A stretch of DNA of 64,000 nt, from assembly GCA_002633005.1 (NCBI GenBank), contig NMRA01000707.1, positions 84,478 to 148,477 on the forward strand, read 5' to 3'. The translations under genes were made by a program, and so were the position numbers. This document shows, piece by piece, positions 23,789 to 37,005 of this stretch (the first letter of the stretch is position 1; every line of letters begins with the position of its first letter). The notes beneath the pieces are model-generated. The model was not told the origin of the DNA. It saw nothing but the letters and a program-made list of their open reading frames with translations, and searched no databases. The stretch comes from Phoronis australis (lineage: Eukaryota > Animalia > Phoronida).

Positions 23789-26700
23789 ATGCCTGCTTGG
23801 CACAATGTTTTAACTGGAACCAAGCCTGTCCAGTCACAACTTCAAAAACTGACGTCTATCGCTTGTGCTCAGAGTCTCCCTTGTCTTTTCGCAAAAGTGA
23901 AGTTAAGCCAGTCATATCCAGTGGAAAAAGGAATCAGGACTTCAGGATGGCGAGAACAGCTTACATCATATTGCAAACAATTAATTATTTTACAAGAAAC
24001 GTGGTCCCCAAGTGATGCCATATGGTCGCCTGGTTTTGAAACAAAAGATTTCACAGACAGCACAGTAGGTTTTCACTCGGAACAATATCGGAGAACTTCT
24101 CTCCCAGATCCACCAGGCGTGAGACAGCTACCAGCGTTCATTCGTGCCAATTTAACAAATGGTAGTAGGTCGATGAACACTGGAAAAGATATGGAAGTGG
24201 ACGAAGAAAGATTAGACAGTGGTGATGATGCTGGGACTATGTTCATGGGTGAAGAATCTCGTCATGGTCTCCATGTTCCTGCACAGGGCAAAAAAAGAGG
24301 CGTTTTACCAGCCGATATACTGCAGTGTGTGACTCGGACTGTGACAGCAATGAATGGGGACCAGTTATCTGAGACGGTGTTTATGCCGCTGAAGATATTT
24401 CAGGTGGAACTTGAGAAAGAAGTGGTCTGGACATTTTCTACGGGTTTGTAATTTTATGAGTTTTGAGCAAAATTAATGCGCTTGCAGAGCTTCAGATATG
24501 CAACCTGGCATTGCCAGCAAACTGCTGTGAGACGCGTACCACACAATCAGTGTCAGTGCTTTGTGGTCTATGCATGAATGTTGCTGGGCGATGTTTGTAA
24601 ACATTCCAGTTAATTACACCATTGCTTGCAAACTATATTTTTATAAGATCCATCCTACCTGCGTGTGTTTCTGTTAATTAGAGCAAGAACCACTTGTCAT
24701 TAGAGATTTACATTACCAGGTCCATTGCTAACATAAAAATCAGTTGAGAATTGTCTTTAAACACAAAAAACCACCACACTTAGTATTTTATATTCTGGGA
24801 AATTCAAAATTACTTCATCATGTGCGCAACTAGCCTAAAAATGGGGGGTTTGAATTTTTGAGAATGTGGTCCTTTTACTAATATATTCACAGGGTACGTT
24901 CAGAGCTATGAATTGGGCATTTGCCCAATTTTGGTAGTTCCTGCCTTTTTAGTGGACCTTTAGCTTGTTTTCTACATTTTTTTAGAGTTTTTGTTCCTCT
25001 GAGGTGGACCTTTGTGCCCACTTCGACAAATGAAGGGGCTTGTTCGAGCCCCCTTGAGCTCCCCCTTGGGTGCGCGCATGCTCTTGTTCATATATTTTAC
25101 AAATCTGTGTCTTCAACTGAATTTGTGAAGCCAAGTCATTAAAAAAGAAGCTCTGTGGAGCTTGCCACAAAACCATCCTGACTCAGTACTTGTGGTACCT
25201 CTTGTATGAACTGTAACTATATACCCCTTTTATTAGGGTCTAATTCCTTTTTGTATTATGAAGCAGAGTTAGTTTATGAAACTCAAAATTACCTCACATG
25301 CAGTATGCATGGAGAGTTTTGTTGTGGCATACTGATCAATGTGCTTGGTCCACATCATTCCAGCATAAAGCATTTGACTTGTACTTAATACTGTGACCAC
25401 AGACCCTTTTGGTCTTGTTGTTATGGCTTAACTATGGAAAGTACTTCATGTTGAGTGTGGATATAAACCTGCCTTCTATCACAGGTTATTGATTTAGATC
25501 ACCTACTGTTATGAAATTGGTCTCAAATAATTTTTTAGTGATACAAGGTTTGATTTCTAGGTTTAATAAGAAAATAAATTAATGCCTTGGAACTGACTCT
25601 ACAAGTTGTGATGATGTCTCATATATGAGTATGGTCTTTAGGAATGACATGGTGCCAATTCTTCGTGAGACCAAAAGCACTTCTCATCTGAGCAAGCAAC
25701 AAGCTGAGACAAGTTACATAATAAATAAAAAATTAATGTCTTTGAGGGATCACAGGCTTATTTCCTGCATAAAACGTATTCAGCTGTGTGTCAAGGGTGC
25801 AATGTGGCTTACTGTGATGAGTGGCCACTTCCTTTACTCAGGGTCATGGGTTGAAGTTCCACTGGGGTGCACTTCTAGACCCGTGAGTCAGATTTCAAGC
25901 CCCACAGCTCGTATTTAACTTCAGCATGAAAATGGTTTCAGGTGGTCATAGCACTGGGCCAACCTACCCATGTCTAGTACAGCATGTATCAGATGTGAAT
26001 TATTTTGGTTTTACTCTTTAATTATTGGACTTTTTGTTTGCTAAAAATTACCCAAGCAGTAATTCTGCAAACTACAATCAATAGCTGTCTGTAAATCTAG
26101 CTACTATGTCCGCCAGTGAGTCATAAAGTCTATTGCAGGAGAGGCCTCTGGATCTGCTGGCAACAACAAGAGGAGTCTTACAGTGAAAAGAAAAATGTGG
26201 AAAAAGCGAAAATCTGATGATTCCAAAACACCGAGAGTTCGACCAAACCACTTTATTGCTGTGCCAACTCTGGCTCCCTCTGTAGGTAAACTAAATAAGG
26301 TGAAGTCTTGTATTATTTTTAACAAAACTCATGGTATTTCTTTATGCCTGGAATTTTGCTGAACATTGTATTTAATTGTATTTAGTGGATCCTTTTAATC
26401 TGCCTGATTTTAAGGCATTAGGAGCTGTAAGCCTAGAATGATATTTGGTAATTGTGACGCACAACCGAATTAATACTGCTTTTGAAGACTCGTTTGTCCT
26501 GGTCGTGTGGCAAAAAGGGAAATCTTGATGTGTGTCACATTCATAAGGTTCCGTTGTCCATTAGATAGTTCCTTGATTAGTGCATTCTGGGACTTATTTC
26601 ACAATGAGCACAGTTGTGGCTACAAATTATTCGCACCCTCATTTTCCTGAAGAAAAACAACAAGTTAAAAAGTAAAATTTTGACACTGCTAAAATGTTTT

Positions 26701-29700
26701 TTTATGCTGAAGTTCCTAATTTGCAAATTAACTTTTTATATTTGAGAAAAAATCAATTGATTTGACTGACAAAAACCAAATTGAAGATAGGCAAATTGTT
26801 TCTAAAAAGAATGAAATTGCTTCGATTTCCTTAAAATGTGTCTCATCCTTTCCGTAAACAACAGGGGCCTGTGGCCAGGGTTGCATATTGAGATGAGTGT
26901 TGTTGTTCATTTTAAGTCTTGGCTTTTTAAATGGTGGTCAAGGATACTTAAACTCGAGCAACAGCACACACCTGAAAGTGCAGCGTCTGAAAGATAGGGG
27001 TTACCCGGCCTTCCTAAAGGATGGCTATTAGACAGGAAGTCAGGTGTAGGTAATAGATCACTGTATAAAAACAGGCTACCAGAAGAACATGGCAGCTGCA
27101 TTCACAATGTAGTTCCTCACCTTCTAATGCAGCTTGCATGCCTGATGATGTCACAAACTTGTGCCCAGACTTACAAACATGCTATAGAGACTTCATGGCT
27201 GATCTGTGAGCTACGTTTGTGAGTCAGGAGCTTTATTTTTTGGGTGCGTACCACATGTTTTGTGAGTCCGGCATTGTGTTTAGTGGTTGGTGAGTGATAT
27301 GTTTTAGTGCTGTCTGCGAGACATGTCTGTAAGCGAGGAATTATGAAGAATAGATCAGTAAGGATTTGGAGAGTTATATATCTTGAGTTTAATTTCAAGT
27401 TTGAAGCCAGACATGCTAGGGGCAAGATATGCTGACTCACACAATAATAGACAACACGCCTTGGTGGTAAAACAAAACATTAGCTATAGCACCATGACTT
27501 TGCATGTACAGTCCAATGACATATGTTTGTCTACCTGATTTGAAGATCCAGCTTGTTCTGCTGTTGTTCAATCTCTACATTTTTGTTTGCGCACAGATCG
27601 TTTCAAAGTTAAAAGAAGTTCAAGAGTCTGTGATTCAGAAAAACGAAGCTTTTCGAGATGCAATGGTTTCCGTGGCAACAGCTCATCTGACATTCATGGT
27701 GATTAACCTAGAGAATGAAGAGCATTTGGAAAAAGCTAAAACAGCCCTGGACGACTGTGGGGAAGTATTAGAAAAGAGGTTGACAAACAGCCATATCGAA
27801 CTGAGTGTTAAAGGTACAACACGACTGAATAAATAATTTAAAGTTGCCCTTAACCGTCCCTCCCTCACAGACCTCTTGCCACTGAACACTGGTTCCACTT
27901 TGTTCTTTTCTTAGAGGAGAAGGGGTTTGTGGGTTTGGAAAGAACAGACTTCTTGTTATTGCTAGGGACCATATCAAAAGCCAGGTCTCAACCAGTAACG
28001 AGATGTTGATAAATCACTTCTATTCTGATTTTAGGAGAAAGTGGAGACCAGGCATGCGTCCTGTAGAGGCGAATGTCCTGTGAAAACGCAAGATATTGTG
28101 AGATATTGCCATGCATTACAAGCAGAGCATGTGATCACGCGAGATTCTTGCATCTACATAACTCTACCCATGGCAGTTGTAATGTTTAAGTCAAAAGTTT
28201 GTGTTTTTAAAGCAAGGCGATCCATTGTTCAGAAGCGGGAAGTGAATGACGTCAGTGAAAAACTGCATCTAGGGTAAACACCTGAGAATTCAGAGTGATG
28301 CTGTGTTATTTCAGGACGGGCCTAAGTAGCTCTGTGTTGTGCAAAATTATGAGCACCAACTTCCCTCATTCAGAAAAGATGGGAGTTATGCCCCTTTAAA
28401 AGATGTGTTTTTTCAGGACGGGCCTAAGTTACTCTGAGCTATGTGCTGTGCAAAATTATGAGCACCAACTTCCATCATTCGGAAAAGATGGGAGTTATGC
28501 CACTTTGATGATACAATAACTAATCACAAACCAGACTTCCTGGGAATTTCCTAAAACTGGCCCACCAATGTTAGTACATGTAACTGCTGTATGGTTGGAA
28601 AATTTTGTCAGTTTTCATGGCAACAATTGTAGTTGTCAGCAACAAAAACTTCAAATCTGCATATCATTTCCTGTTGGTTTATTTTTACTGGGTCTTACTC
28701 ATTCCGTGGCAAGTTAGTATGTTTTTGGTTTTCTTGGAAGGTATTGGGTCGTTCCGAGATGAAGTGGTTTTTGCAAAAGTTGAAAAAAGCGAAGCACTGG
28801 ACAGACTGTACATTATTGATGGTAAGTGGACACATCTTCTTGATGTAATATGGACATACTCGAGTGTTAATTCTGTTTTTAGGGTTTCTTTTTCTTTTCT
28901 TGATTAAAATGACCAATTACAGTTGGGAAGGAATTTTTATTCATTTTGATCAAAGCCTTGTAATATTTTGAAACATGTAGTGATAATGCCATCTGGTTGT
29001 CAGTTGAGGAAACGGTTTTTCATTTACCTTCTAATGGCAATCTGATAAAGTCTCACCTCTTTAGGAGACAACATGGCCACCAAGTGAAATTTTGTTTTTC
29101 ATTTTTTCATAAAAGTTGTGTAGCATCAAATTTTGCTTTACAGTGTTCAAGTCCTTTTCCATAGCTACAGTCTCACCAGGAAATATATTAAAAAAATTTG
29201 ATATTAAAAAATTTTGGGCATTCACAACAATGTTCAAATACTTTGAAAAACAAAATAAGGGCAGTTTTGGCAGTTGTGACAAGATTTTGCTTTATGTTTC
29301 GCAACGTAATTTTACTAGGACCCGTTTCAAGAAAACTGACTGAGCTAATACAAATCGTTTCAGTCAGTTTTAAGCAAAAACTTAAATTTGTCTCAAATTC
29401 GTTTCAAGAAAGAGATCTTTAAGTTTGACTAAAAATAAGTTTTGTCTTACTTTTTACTGACTTTCCGGATATGGAAGTTACAAAGCTTGGAAGTTGAGAC
29501 AAGTCTTAGACTTAAGTCAAAAATGAACTTAACACAGTGTCTGGGAATGGGCCCTTGGCCTTCAGATAAATGAAATGCCGAGAGGTGGTAATGTTAACTC
29601 AGCAAAACTGAGCACCACTGAAAATGGAACTTTTTACATTTCAGAGGTGGTAAGAATGTCATTTGCGAAGCATGGCATATTTCCGACAGATGACGTGAGC

Positions 29701-32700
29701 TTTGCACCGCACATCACCATCATGAAGCTCTCGAAGAATCTCATGAAATTCAAGAAAATTGGTAAGAGAAATGACCCGGTCTTCTTCCATTGTGGACTCA
29801 AACATGGTGCTGACCCATTTTCGTTAAGTTCTGAGCCACGTTGGAAAATCTTGGGCCCTGCTTGAAAACCCGTGAGGTTCATTTAAAATCACGGGTAGTG
29901 TTGGTGGTCAGTGCAATGGACCCCACTGTGTGGCCCAGTTACAGAGGTCATCATGAGTGATATTCTGGTGGTCATTGCAATGCGCTTAACTGTTTGGCTT
30001 AGTCACAATCACCAGCGGCATTGAAAAACGCATGGACATAATTCCTTATTTAGAAGAGAATGATTTACCTCAAGGCTTCTGATAGAGCCCAAGCTTTTCA
30101 GCAAAGGTCAAAAGAGTGCATAACATGCTGGGATAAACAACACTGAGTCACCAGGAGTACCTGAGTAGAGTCCAGTAACGGTAGGACCTCGCTAGGACCT
30201 CACTAGAAAAGCAAGATTTTGCGAGATTAGGCGAGATATTGCCATGTACTTCCAATGAGAGTACTTGATCTTGGCTAGATTTTTCTCGCCACGAGACAGC
30301 TACATGGATGTCATGTACATCTGAGAAGGATAATATTGCCGTCGTCACTGTCTGGGCGTCCAGCGTCTGCAGCTGTATCTCCTAAACTCCTCACAGGATC
30401 TTCATGAGATTTGGCTGATGTGTTCCTATCAAGCTGGCGACGGAGGACGACAAGTTTCAGACCTCTCCGATTACGTGTGCGCCCCTTAGTGGCAATTTTA
30501 TTTTTTTACGCTCACCTCTGTATCTTCGGAGGTCCTGAACGTATTTTCACAAATTTTGGAATATAGGCATCTATTAGTGAGATGACATTATCCTCTTGTT
30601 TTCGGATGGATTTTACGTAGTTTGCGCCACCTAGTGGCCACTTTTGATGTTTTCGAGTCAGATTTTTGACGTCCACCCCTCTACCAAACCGCTCAAAGGA
30701 TGATTGTGAAAATTTGCGCGTACATTCTTACTATGAAAAGTGGGGCTGACGATGATTTTTCGACGACTTTGATTACTTTGGTTCCTCCCAGTGGCAGTTT
30801 TGTTTTTTTGCACCCATGGATGTATCTCCTGGTCCGTTCGCAGAATCATTATTAAATTTAGCAAGTTTATTCATATGATGCTGACAGCGAACGACAACGA
30901 CTTTCGTAGGGATGGGACTTCTGGTGTGCCCCCTAGTGGCAATTTTAGCTTTTACGTTTACATCTCTCTTTAAAGGTCCTCAACCCATTTTTATGCGCCC
31001 ACATATTTATATGCGGAGGCGTCCGCTGCTCTATCTCCAAAACCCTTTAACATACGTTCATGAAATTTGGCACGTATGTTCCATTCATGAATGGGACGGC
31101 ATGTGCGAACTTTCGGACGGATCCGACTACCGGTGTGCCCCCTAGTGGCAATTTTAGTTTTTTACGCTTACCTTTGTATCTTCAAAAGTCCTTAACGGAT
31201 TTTCATGAAATTTACTTTGAAGGCACCTATTAGTGAGATGACGCTATCCTGCCCTTTTCAGATGGATTCGACATAGTTTGCGCCACCTAGTGGCCATTTT
31301 TAGTGTTTTCGAGTCTGTTTTTGTGCGTCCACCCCTCTGTCATCCAAACCGCTCAAAGGATGATTGTGAAAATTGGCATGGATATGCTTACTATGTAGAG
31401 GACGGTTGACGATGATTTTCTGACGATTTCAACTACTGTGGTGCCTCCTAGTGGCAGTTTTGTTTTTTTTGCGCCTATGGCGGTATCTCCTAAACCTTTC
31501 GCAGGATCTTTACGAAATTGTGTAAGTATATTTATATGATGGTAACAACGGAAGATGACGACATTTGGACGGAACCGACTACCGGTGTGCCCCTTGGTGG
31601 CAATTTTATTTTGTTATGCTTACCTTTGTATCTTCAAAAGTTTTGAACGGATTTTCATGAAATTTGGTATGTAAGCACCTATTAGTGAGATGACGCTATC
31701 CTCCCGTTTTCAGATGGATTTGACATAGTTTGCGCCACCTAGTGGCCATTTTTTCTGTTTTCGAGTCTGTATTTTTGCGTCCACCCCTCTGTCAACCAAA
31801 CCGCTCAAAGGATGATTGTGAAAATTGCCGTGTATGTGCTTACTATAAGGAAGACAGCTGACAATGATTTTCAGACAATTTGGACTACTGTGGCGCCTCC
31901 TAGTGGCAGTTTTGTTTTTTTTGCGCCCATGGCTGTATCTCCCAAACCGTTTGCAGGATCTTTACTAAATTTAGCAAGTGTATTTATGTGATGTTGACAA
32001 CGGACGATGACAACTTTAGGATGGTTCTGACTACCGNNNNNNNNNNNNNNNNNNNNNNNNNNNNNNNNNNNNNNNNNNNNNNNNNNNNNNNNNNNNNNNN
32101 NNNNNNNNNNNNNNNNNNNNNNNNNNNNNNNNNNNNNNNNNNNNNNNNNNNNNNNNNNNNNNNNNNNNNNNNNNNNNNNNNNNNNNNNNNNNNNNNNNNN
32201 NNNNNNNNNNNNNNNNNNNNNNNNNNNNNNNNNNNNNNNNNNNNNNNNNNNNNNNNNNNNNNNNNNNNNNNNNNNNNNNNNNNNNNNNNNNNNNNNNNNN
32301 NNNNNNNNNNNNNNNNNNNNNNNNNNNNNNNNNNNNNNNNNNNNNNNNNNNNNNNNNNNNNNNNNNNNNNNNNNNNNNNNNNNNNNNNNNNNNNNNNNNN
32401 NNNNNNNNNNNNNNNNNNNNNNNNNNNNNNNNNNNNNNNNNNNNNNNNNNNNNNNNNNNNNNNNNNNNNNNNNNNNNNNNNNNNNNNNNNNNNNNNNNNN
32501 NNNNNNAAGAGAAATTATTTAACTAATCATAATTGGTGTTTTTAAGGTCAAAATGACCCACTTCGCACCCTTACACCCCAAATCTTCCGGGAAATAGCTG
32601 TTACACTACGGTCACGCATCCACTCACCCGGCGACTCAATGAGTGACATGTCGGTCTTACCGAAAAAATTCTCGAACGTTTTTAGGAGATGAGGCCAGCA

Positions 32701-34154
32701 AGTGCTAAGTCGTAAATATTAAAACACGCTCTACTTGACTGCTTGACTTGGGCGCATTTCAACGCTCTGCGTTGCTCTTGTTATAAAATTTGGGATATAG
32801 GTGTCTATTAGTGTGATGACGCTATCCTCGTGTTTTTGGATGACTTCGAGGTATTTTGCGCCACCCAGTGACCATTTTTACTGTTTTTGAGTCTGGTTTT
32901 TGGCGTCCACCCCTCTATCAACCAAACTGCTCCAAGGATGGTTGTGAAAATTAGCATGTAACTATGTTCTTACTATGAAGAGCATTGCTGACGATGATTT
33001 TCCAATGCCTTCAACTACTGTGGCACCTCCTAGTGGCAGTTTTTTTGCCCCCATGGCTGTATCTCCTAAACCGTTTGTAGGATCTTTACTAAATTTAGCA
33101 AGTTGACAACGGAATACGACGATGACTTTCGCGCAGATTTTTACATCAGTATGCCCCCTAGTGGCAATTTTTTTGTTTTACGTTAAAGGTTTTTAACAGA
33201 GTTTCATAAACTTTGGAATATAGGCATCTATTGGAGAAGTGACGCTATCCTACCATTTTCTGATGGATTCGAGGTTTTTTGTGCCACCTAATGGCCATTT
33301 TAGCTGTTATCGAGTCTGTTTTTTGGCATCCACCCGTCTGTCAACCAAACCATTCTGAGAATGATTTTTGAAAATTGGCGAATATGACTTATTCTCATTG
33401 TGAAGAGGACAGTTGAGGATGACGATGTCGACTTCTGTGGCGCCTCCTAGTGGTGGTTTGTGTTGTTTTGCGCCCATAGCTGTATCTCCTAAACCCACTG
33501 CCAGATCTTTATTGAATTTAGTTAGTGTATTTATATGAAGCTAACAAAAGATGGCGACTTTCAGGCGGATGCTGTGCCCCCTAGTGGCAGTTTCATTTTT
33601 TTTCTGTTTCTCTGAATTTTTTGTCAGATTTTTATGAAATTTAGTAAATAACTTTCTATTGAAGAAGCTGTGGCATGTTCCATTTTCAGATGGATTGGAC
33701 ATTTTGTGCCATCTAGTGGCCATTTTTATGATACAAATTAACAACTCCAGAAGCACTCCATTTGCGGTGCATTCCTGGGCGCATTTCAGCACTCTGTGTT
33801 GCTCTTGTCTTACTGCCTGTCATCTTAGCTTTGATTGTTAATGGCTGTGAGATTTTTAACAAATGCCAATTTCTGTCAGTAGTTGAATCAGGAGCACCGA
33901 TGTTGCATTTATAAACACTGGAGCATCTGTCCGAGGATTTGCAGTAAGAGTTTGTCATTGCACTATTTTCTTCTGTTTATCTAGGTGTGAAAAAAATCAG
34001 TAAAGAGCTGTACTGTGACTTTGAAGATGCTAAATTCGGTGTTCAACCAGTGACATCTCTTCAACTGTGTGCCATGTCGAACCCTAAGGATGACAGCGGC
34101 TACTACAGAGTACCTCATTCTGTCCCAATAGGTGGAGCTGTACAGACTCCTTGA
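23789..34154 (+). CDS. AKAP7: AKAP7-like 2H phosphoesterase (AKAP7_NLS / 2',5'-phosphodiesterase domain) gene
   Basis: Exons: 23789-24443 (long N-terminal ORF, phase-1 donor; least certain), 26139-26281 (..KRKMWKKRKSDDSKTPRVRPNHFIAVP), 27597-27813 (IVSKLKEVQESVIQKN..AHLTFMVINL..), 28741-28821 (GIGSFRDEVVFAKV..), 29645-29761 (..FAPHITIMKLSK..), 33985-34154 (GVKKISKELY..FGVQPVTSLQLCAM...DDSGYY..*). Two HxT motifs plus the RPN.F and G.G.F...V.FA signatures of AKAP7 gamma/delta. All phases are compatible. Confidence 0.85.
28310..28506. repeat. Direct duplication of ~95 bp (intronic)
   Basis: ttcaggacgggcctaagt...caaaattatgagcaccaacttcc...gaaaagatgggagttatgcc occurs twice. Confidence 0.8.
29318..29554. 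mobile_element. Small MITE-like element (GG.CCC termini)
   Basis: ggacccgtttcaaga ... tctgggaatgggccc, with internal inverted ttaagt-tgactaa / ttagacttaagtcaa. Confidence 0.45.
30170..30282 (-). repeat. Family-2 ~150-bp unit, partial
   Basis: ctaggacctcactagaaaagcaagattttgcgagattaggcgagatattgcc matches the units at 21966-22272. Confidence 0.7.
30340..33730 (+). repeat. Higher-order tandem array (~452-bp unit made of three ~150-bp subunits), interrupted by an N gap
   Basis: Homologous anchors recur at 31135/31586, 31280/31732 and 31441/31892. Each subunit carries gYgccHcctagtggca. Confidence 0.9.
32037..32506. other. Assembly gap (470 N)
   Basis: Run of N inside the tandem array. Confidence 1.
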
Positions 34155-36012
34155 TATTCAAGTGAGCCACCTAACAGTGTAACACTCATAGTGTTGGAGG
34201 CAGTGTGACCTAGTTGTAGACACGTCCCCACACAATGTTGTTTACACCTACATGTACATGTAACATTCTTCAGTTTGTGTCAAAATTAATTTCTCTAACT
34301 GCCATCTTCCATACTGTTCTGAAACCCCGTTTACCCCAACACCCCACAACTCCCTTGACCCACGACCCTCTTGACCCTCGAGTCACAACCTTGACCCACG
34401 ACCTGTGGCAATAGAGGTATCTTTGTGTCTTTACACATTTCATAATCTTGTTGCGCTGGTGAGTGACTTTCGCATACGATTTACCTGTAGGATTCTGCTG
34501 TGGCTCGAGACCGGTGGTTAAAAACTGAAAGTGGCTTAAGAACATGATCTGAAATGGCGGATATTGAGTGGGCTATCGTTGTCGCGGAAATAGCTCCATG
34601 AGCGGCTACCAATAACCCTACTAAACAAAAGAGTTTGAGGGGGCCTGAGAGGGTTTCAGAACAATCCCCATATTCTTGATATTTCAAAAGCTTACTATGC
34701 AGTGACAACTGGTCAAGGCTTCACCACTGAAATGTTGTAGTTTCTAATATTTGTTTATAGGCCAAAGCTAGGTTTGGTATCCTTTTAAGAATCCATTTGA
34801 GACTATTTTCATTGCTGTAAGAGGTTTATTAAGTTAACTTCGTGGACGGAATCCATGTTTATAGCTGCTTTCAATTATGCTTAGGGCTGTTCCAGCAAAA
34901 TCCGTATGGGAGGGGGCACGGCAGTTGAAATTAAAATTGGCAGGTGTTGGTCGTCAGAAAAAAACTCACACTATGGATGGTATGTTCTTCTATGAAGTTT
35001 TGCATTAAAACTGGGTGGTATTTTTTTATCTGCCAATGTTGACAGGATGGGATTTTCAGGCAAACACATCTCAAAAGAAATAAAAACTTACCAAATAATC
35101 ACTTGGCAAATACTCAAACATATCCAAACAACAAAAAAACAAGCGGATTTTGCTAGTGTTCAGTGCAGTATGCCATTACTCTATACATGGGCAACTTGCT
35201 TACAAGCGCTTGTTGTACTGCAGTCATATTAGAATGAAAATTTCTGCAACACTAAACTGGTGTTAACACATATAACAAAACTGATGATTTTTAAATAAAA
35301 AGTATGAGGAGTAAGATAGACAAGTTCCAATATTCATTTGAAATAGCTGTCTAAAAGTATTCATGGAGACAGTTCGAGATTCATAGATCCATGAAACTGA
35401 AAAATCTTATTGAAATTACGGGCATATGGTGAACAGAGACACCTGGTGGTTGCCAAAAGTACTGCTCACAGGTGTCTTTGAAAAGCAAGTTTCTGGTACT
35501 TTGTGATCCGTCCTTCTGTCATTATCATTTCTTGTCCATCAATTATCTCAAGAACTGCTTGGCGGATCATGATGTAATTTGGTATAGGGTTACTTGGCAA
35601 GGATGCGCCTGCAGCAGTTGATTTCCGGAGGGATATGGCAACCTTAGTACCCAACGTTGGTCGCTTTAGTTTTCAACAATCCATTACTTTTATGTTGATT
35701 ATTTCAAAAACTGCTTCACTGATCACGTTGATATTCGAAATAGAAGTACATTGTATATCGCAAGAATGTGCCGGCACCAGTCAATTTTTGGACACTGGAT
35801 TCAATTGCTGTGGCAACCCGTTAGTGTTTGATAAGTTAGGTTGATTATCTTAAAAAGTGCTAGGCACAACTGGAAATTTGGCACAAAAATTTATAGCAGG
35901 GATGGATGCGTTGACAGAAATCATTTTTGTTTTGATCCGACCTCCCTCTTGGCTACTTTAGTTTTTGATAATGTTGGACAAGACAACTCGTTCTTGTCTG
36001 TCGATCGTCTAA

Positions 36013-36689
36013 CATGACAGCCGGCGTTTTCCCGTTCAGTGACTTTACCAGACGTATGGGGTTCTGAGCGTGTGACAACATCTGGCTTCTTTGTTAACTG
36101 CCAAGCACACTCTTTTGTCTTTTATGAGGACAAGCAGGCCTCTTATCTACCAGGCTTATTACAGACCACGTGTGAACACAGTCAAACTCAGAGTGAATTG
36201 GTGTATTCCGAAAGAATAGGTTGTCGTAACTTAGGTTGCTGTTTTGGCGATTCAAAAACTGAACATGATCACCATTTGACGAAGATTTCAATTTAAAATG
36301 ACTTATTCTTATTAAAGTGACATAGGCAGAAAATTGAAGTTTGGGCCTAAAAAGTGAGGCCCCCTATATTAATATAGGCCCAAAATTCAATTTTCTGCCT
36401 ATGTCATATTAATAAGAATATGTCATTTTAAATAAGCTGTTAAATGCTATTGGTTTATGTTCAAATATAACTTAACTTTTATTTTTAACAGCACAGCCCA
36501 GTCAGGGTAGATACCATCTTATTGGAGATTCGAGCAATTATCGAACTAAAGAGAGCTGGCCCTCCAACCATAAATGCCAGAATGGAGTTAATCACCCGTT
36601 TAAGATAATGGCTACATGGGTAAACTTCCCAACTTGTTGTTGGGCTATAGAATCGAACAAGTTGGGAGCAACGGGAAAACGACATAATG
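36013..36689 (+). mobile_element. MITE family 1, copy 3 (nested in the Harbinger-like element)
   Basis: catgacagccggcgttttcccgtt ... aacgggaaaacgacataatg; body matches copies 1, 2 and 4. Confidence 0.85.
36291..36433. mobile_element. Palindromic ~143-bp MITE inserted in MITE family 1 copy 3
   Basis: atttaaaatgacttattcttattaa..tgacataggcagaaaattgaa..gggccta / taggccc..ttcaattttctgcctatgtca..taataagaatatgtcattttaaat. Absent from the other copies. Confidence 0.85.
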
Positions 36690-37005
36690 AGTTCTTTACA
36701 TGTAATCCTCGAGGCAATTTGTTTGCAAGTGTTGGATTTTAAATTTTAACCTATTAACAAATTATGGGTGTGGGTTGGAAAAATAAATGAAAAACATGGG
36801 CGGTGGGTACGAAATAAAAGTGCCTTCCCCCCTCCCATACATTTTTGCTGGAACAGCCCTTATTGAGAAAATAGAAAATAAAACTCTGTTTTTGTGCCAT
36901 ATTGTGTCCCGTACACACTGAGTAATTTTTGTTGTACTTTCGTTATGATGATGTATTCGAGTCCTTACTAGAAATTGAGTAATCACACAATTGCTCACTC
37001 TGAAC

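Larger units (their letters stand above)
34884..36859. mobile_element. Non-autonomous TIR element, PIF/Harbinger-like (TTA target duplication)
   Basis: tta|gggctgttccagcaaaa..gtatgggaggggg ... ccccctcccatacatttttgctggaacagccc|tta. Confidence 0.8.

Noticed and set aside
31988-32545. 185-aa ORF
   Set aside because: Runs through the N gap.
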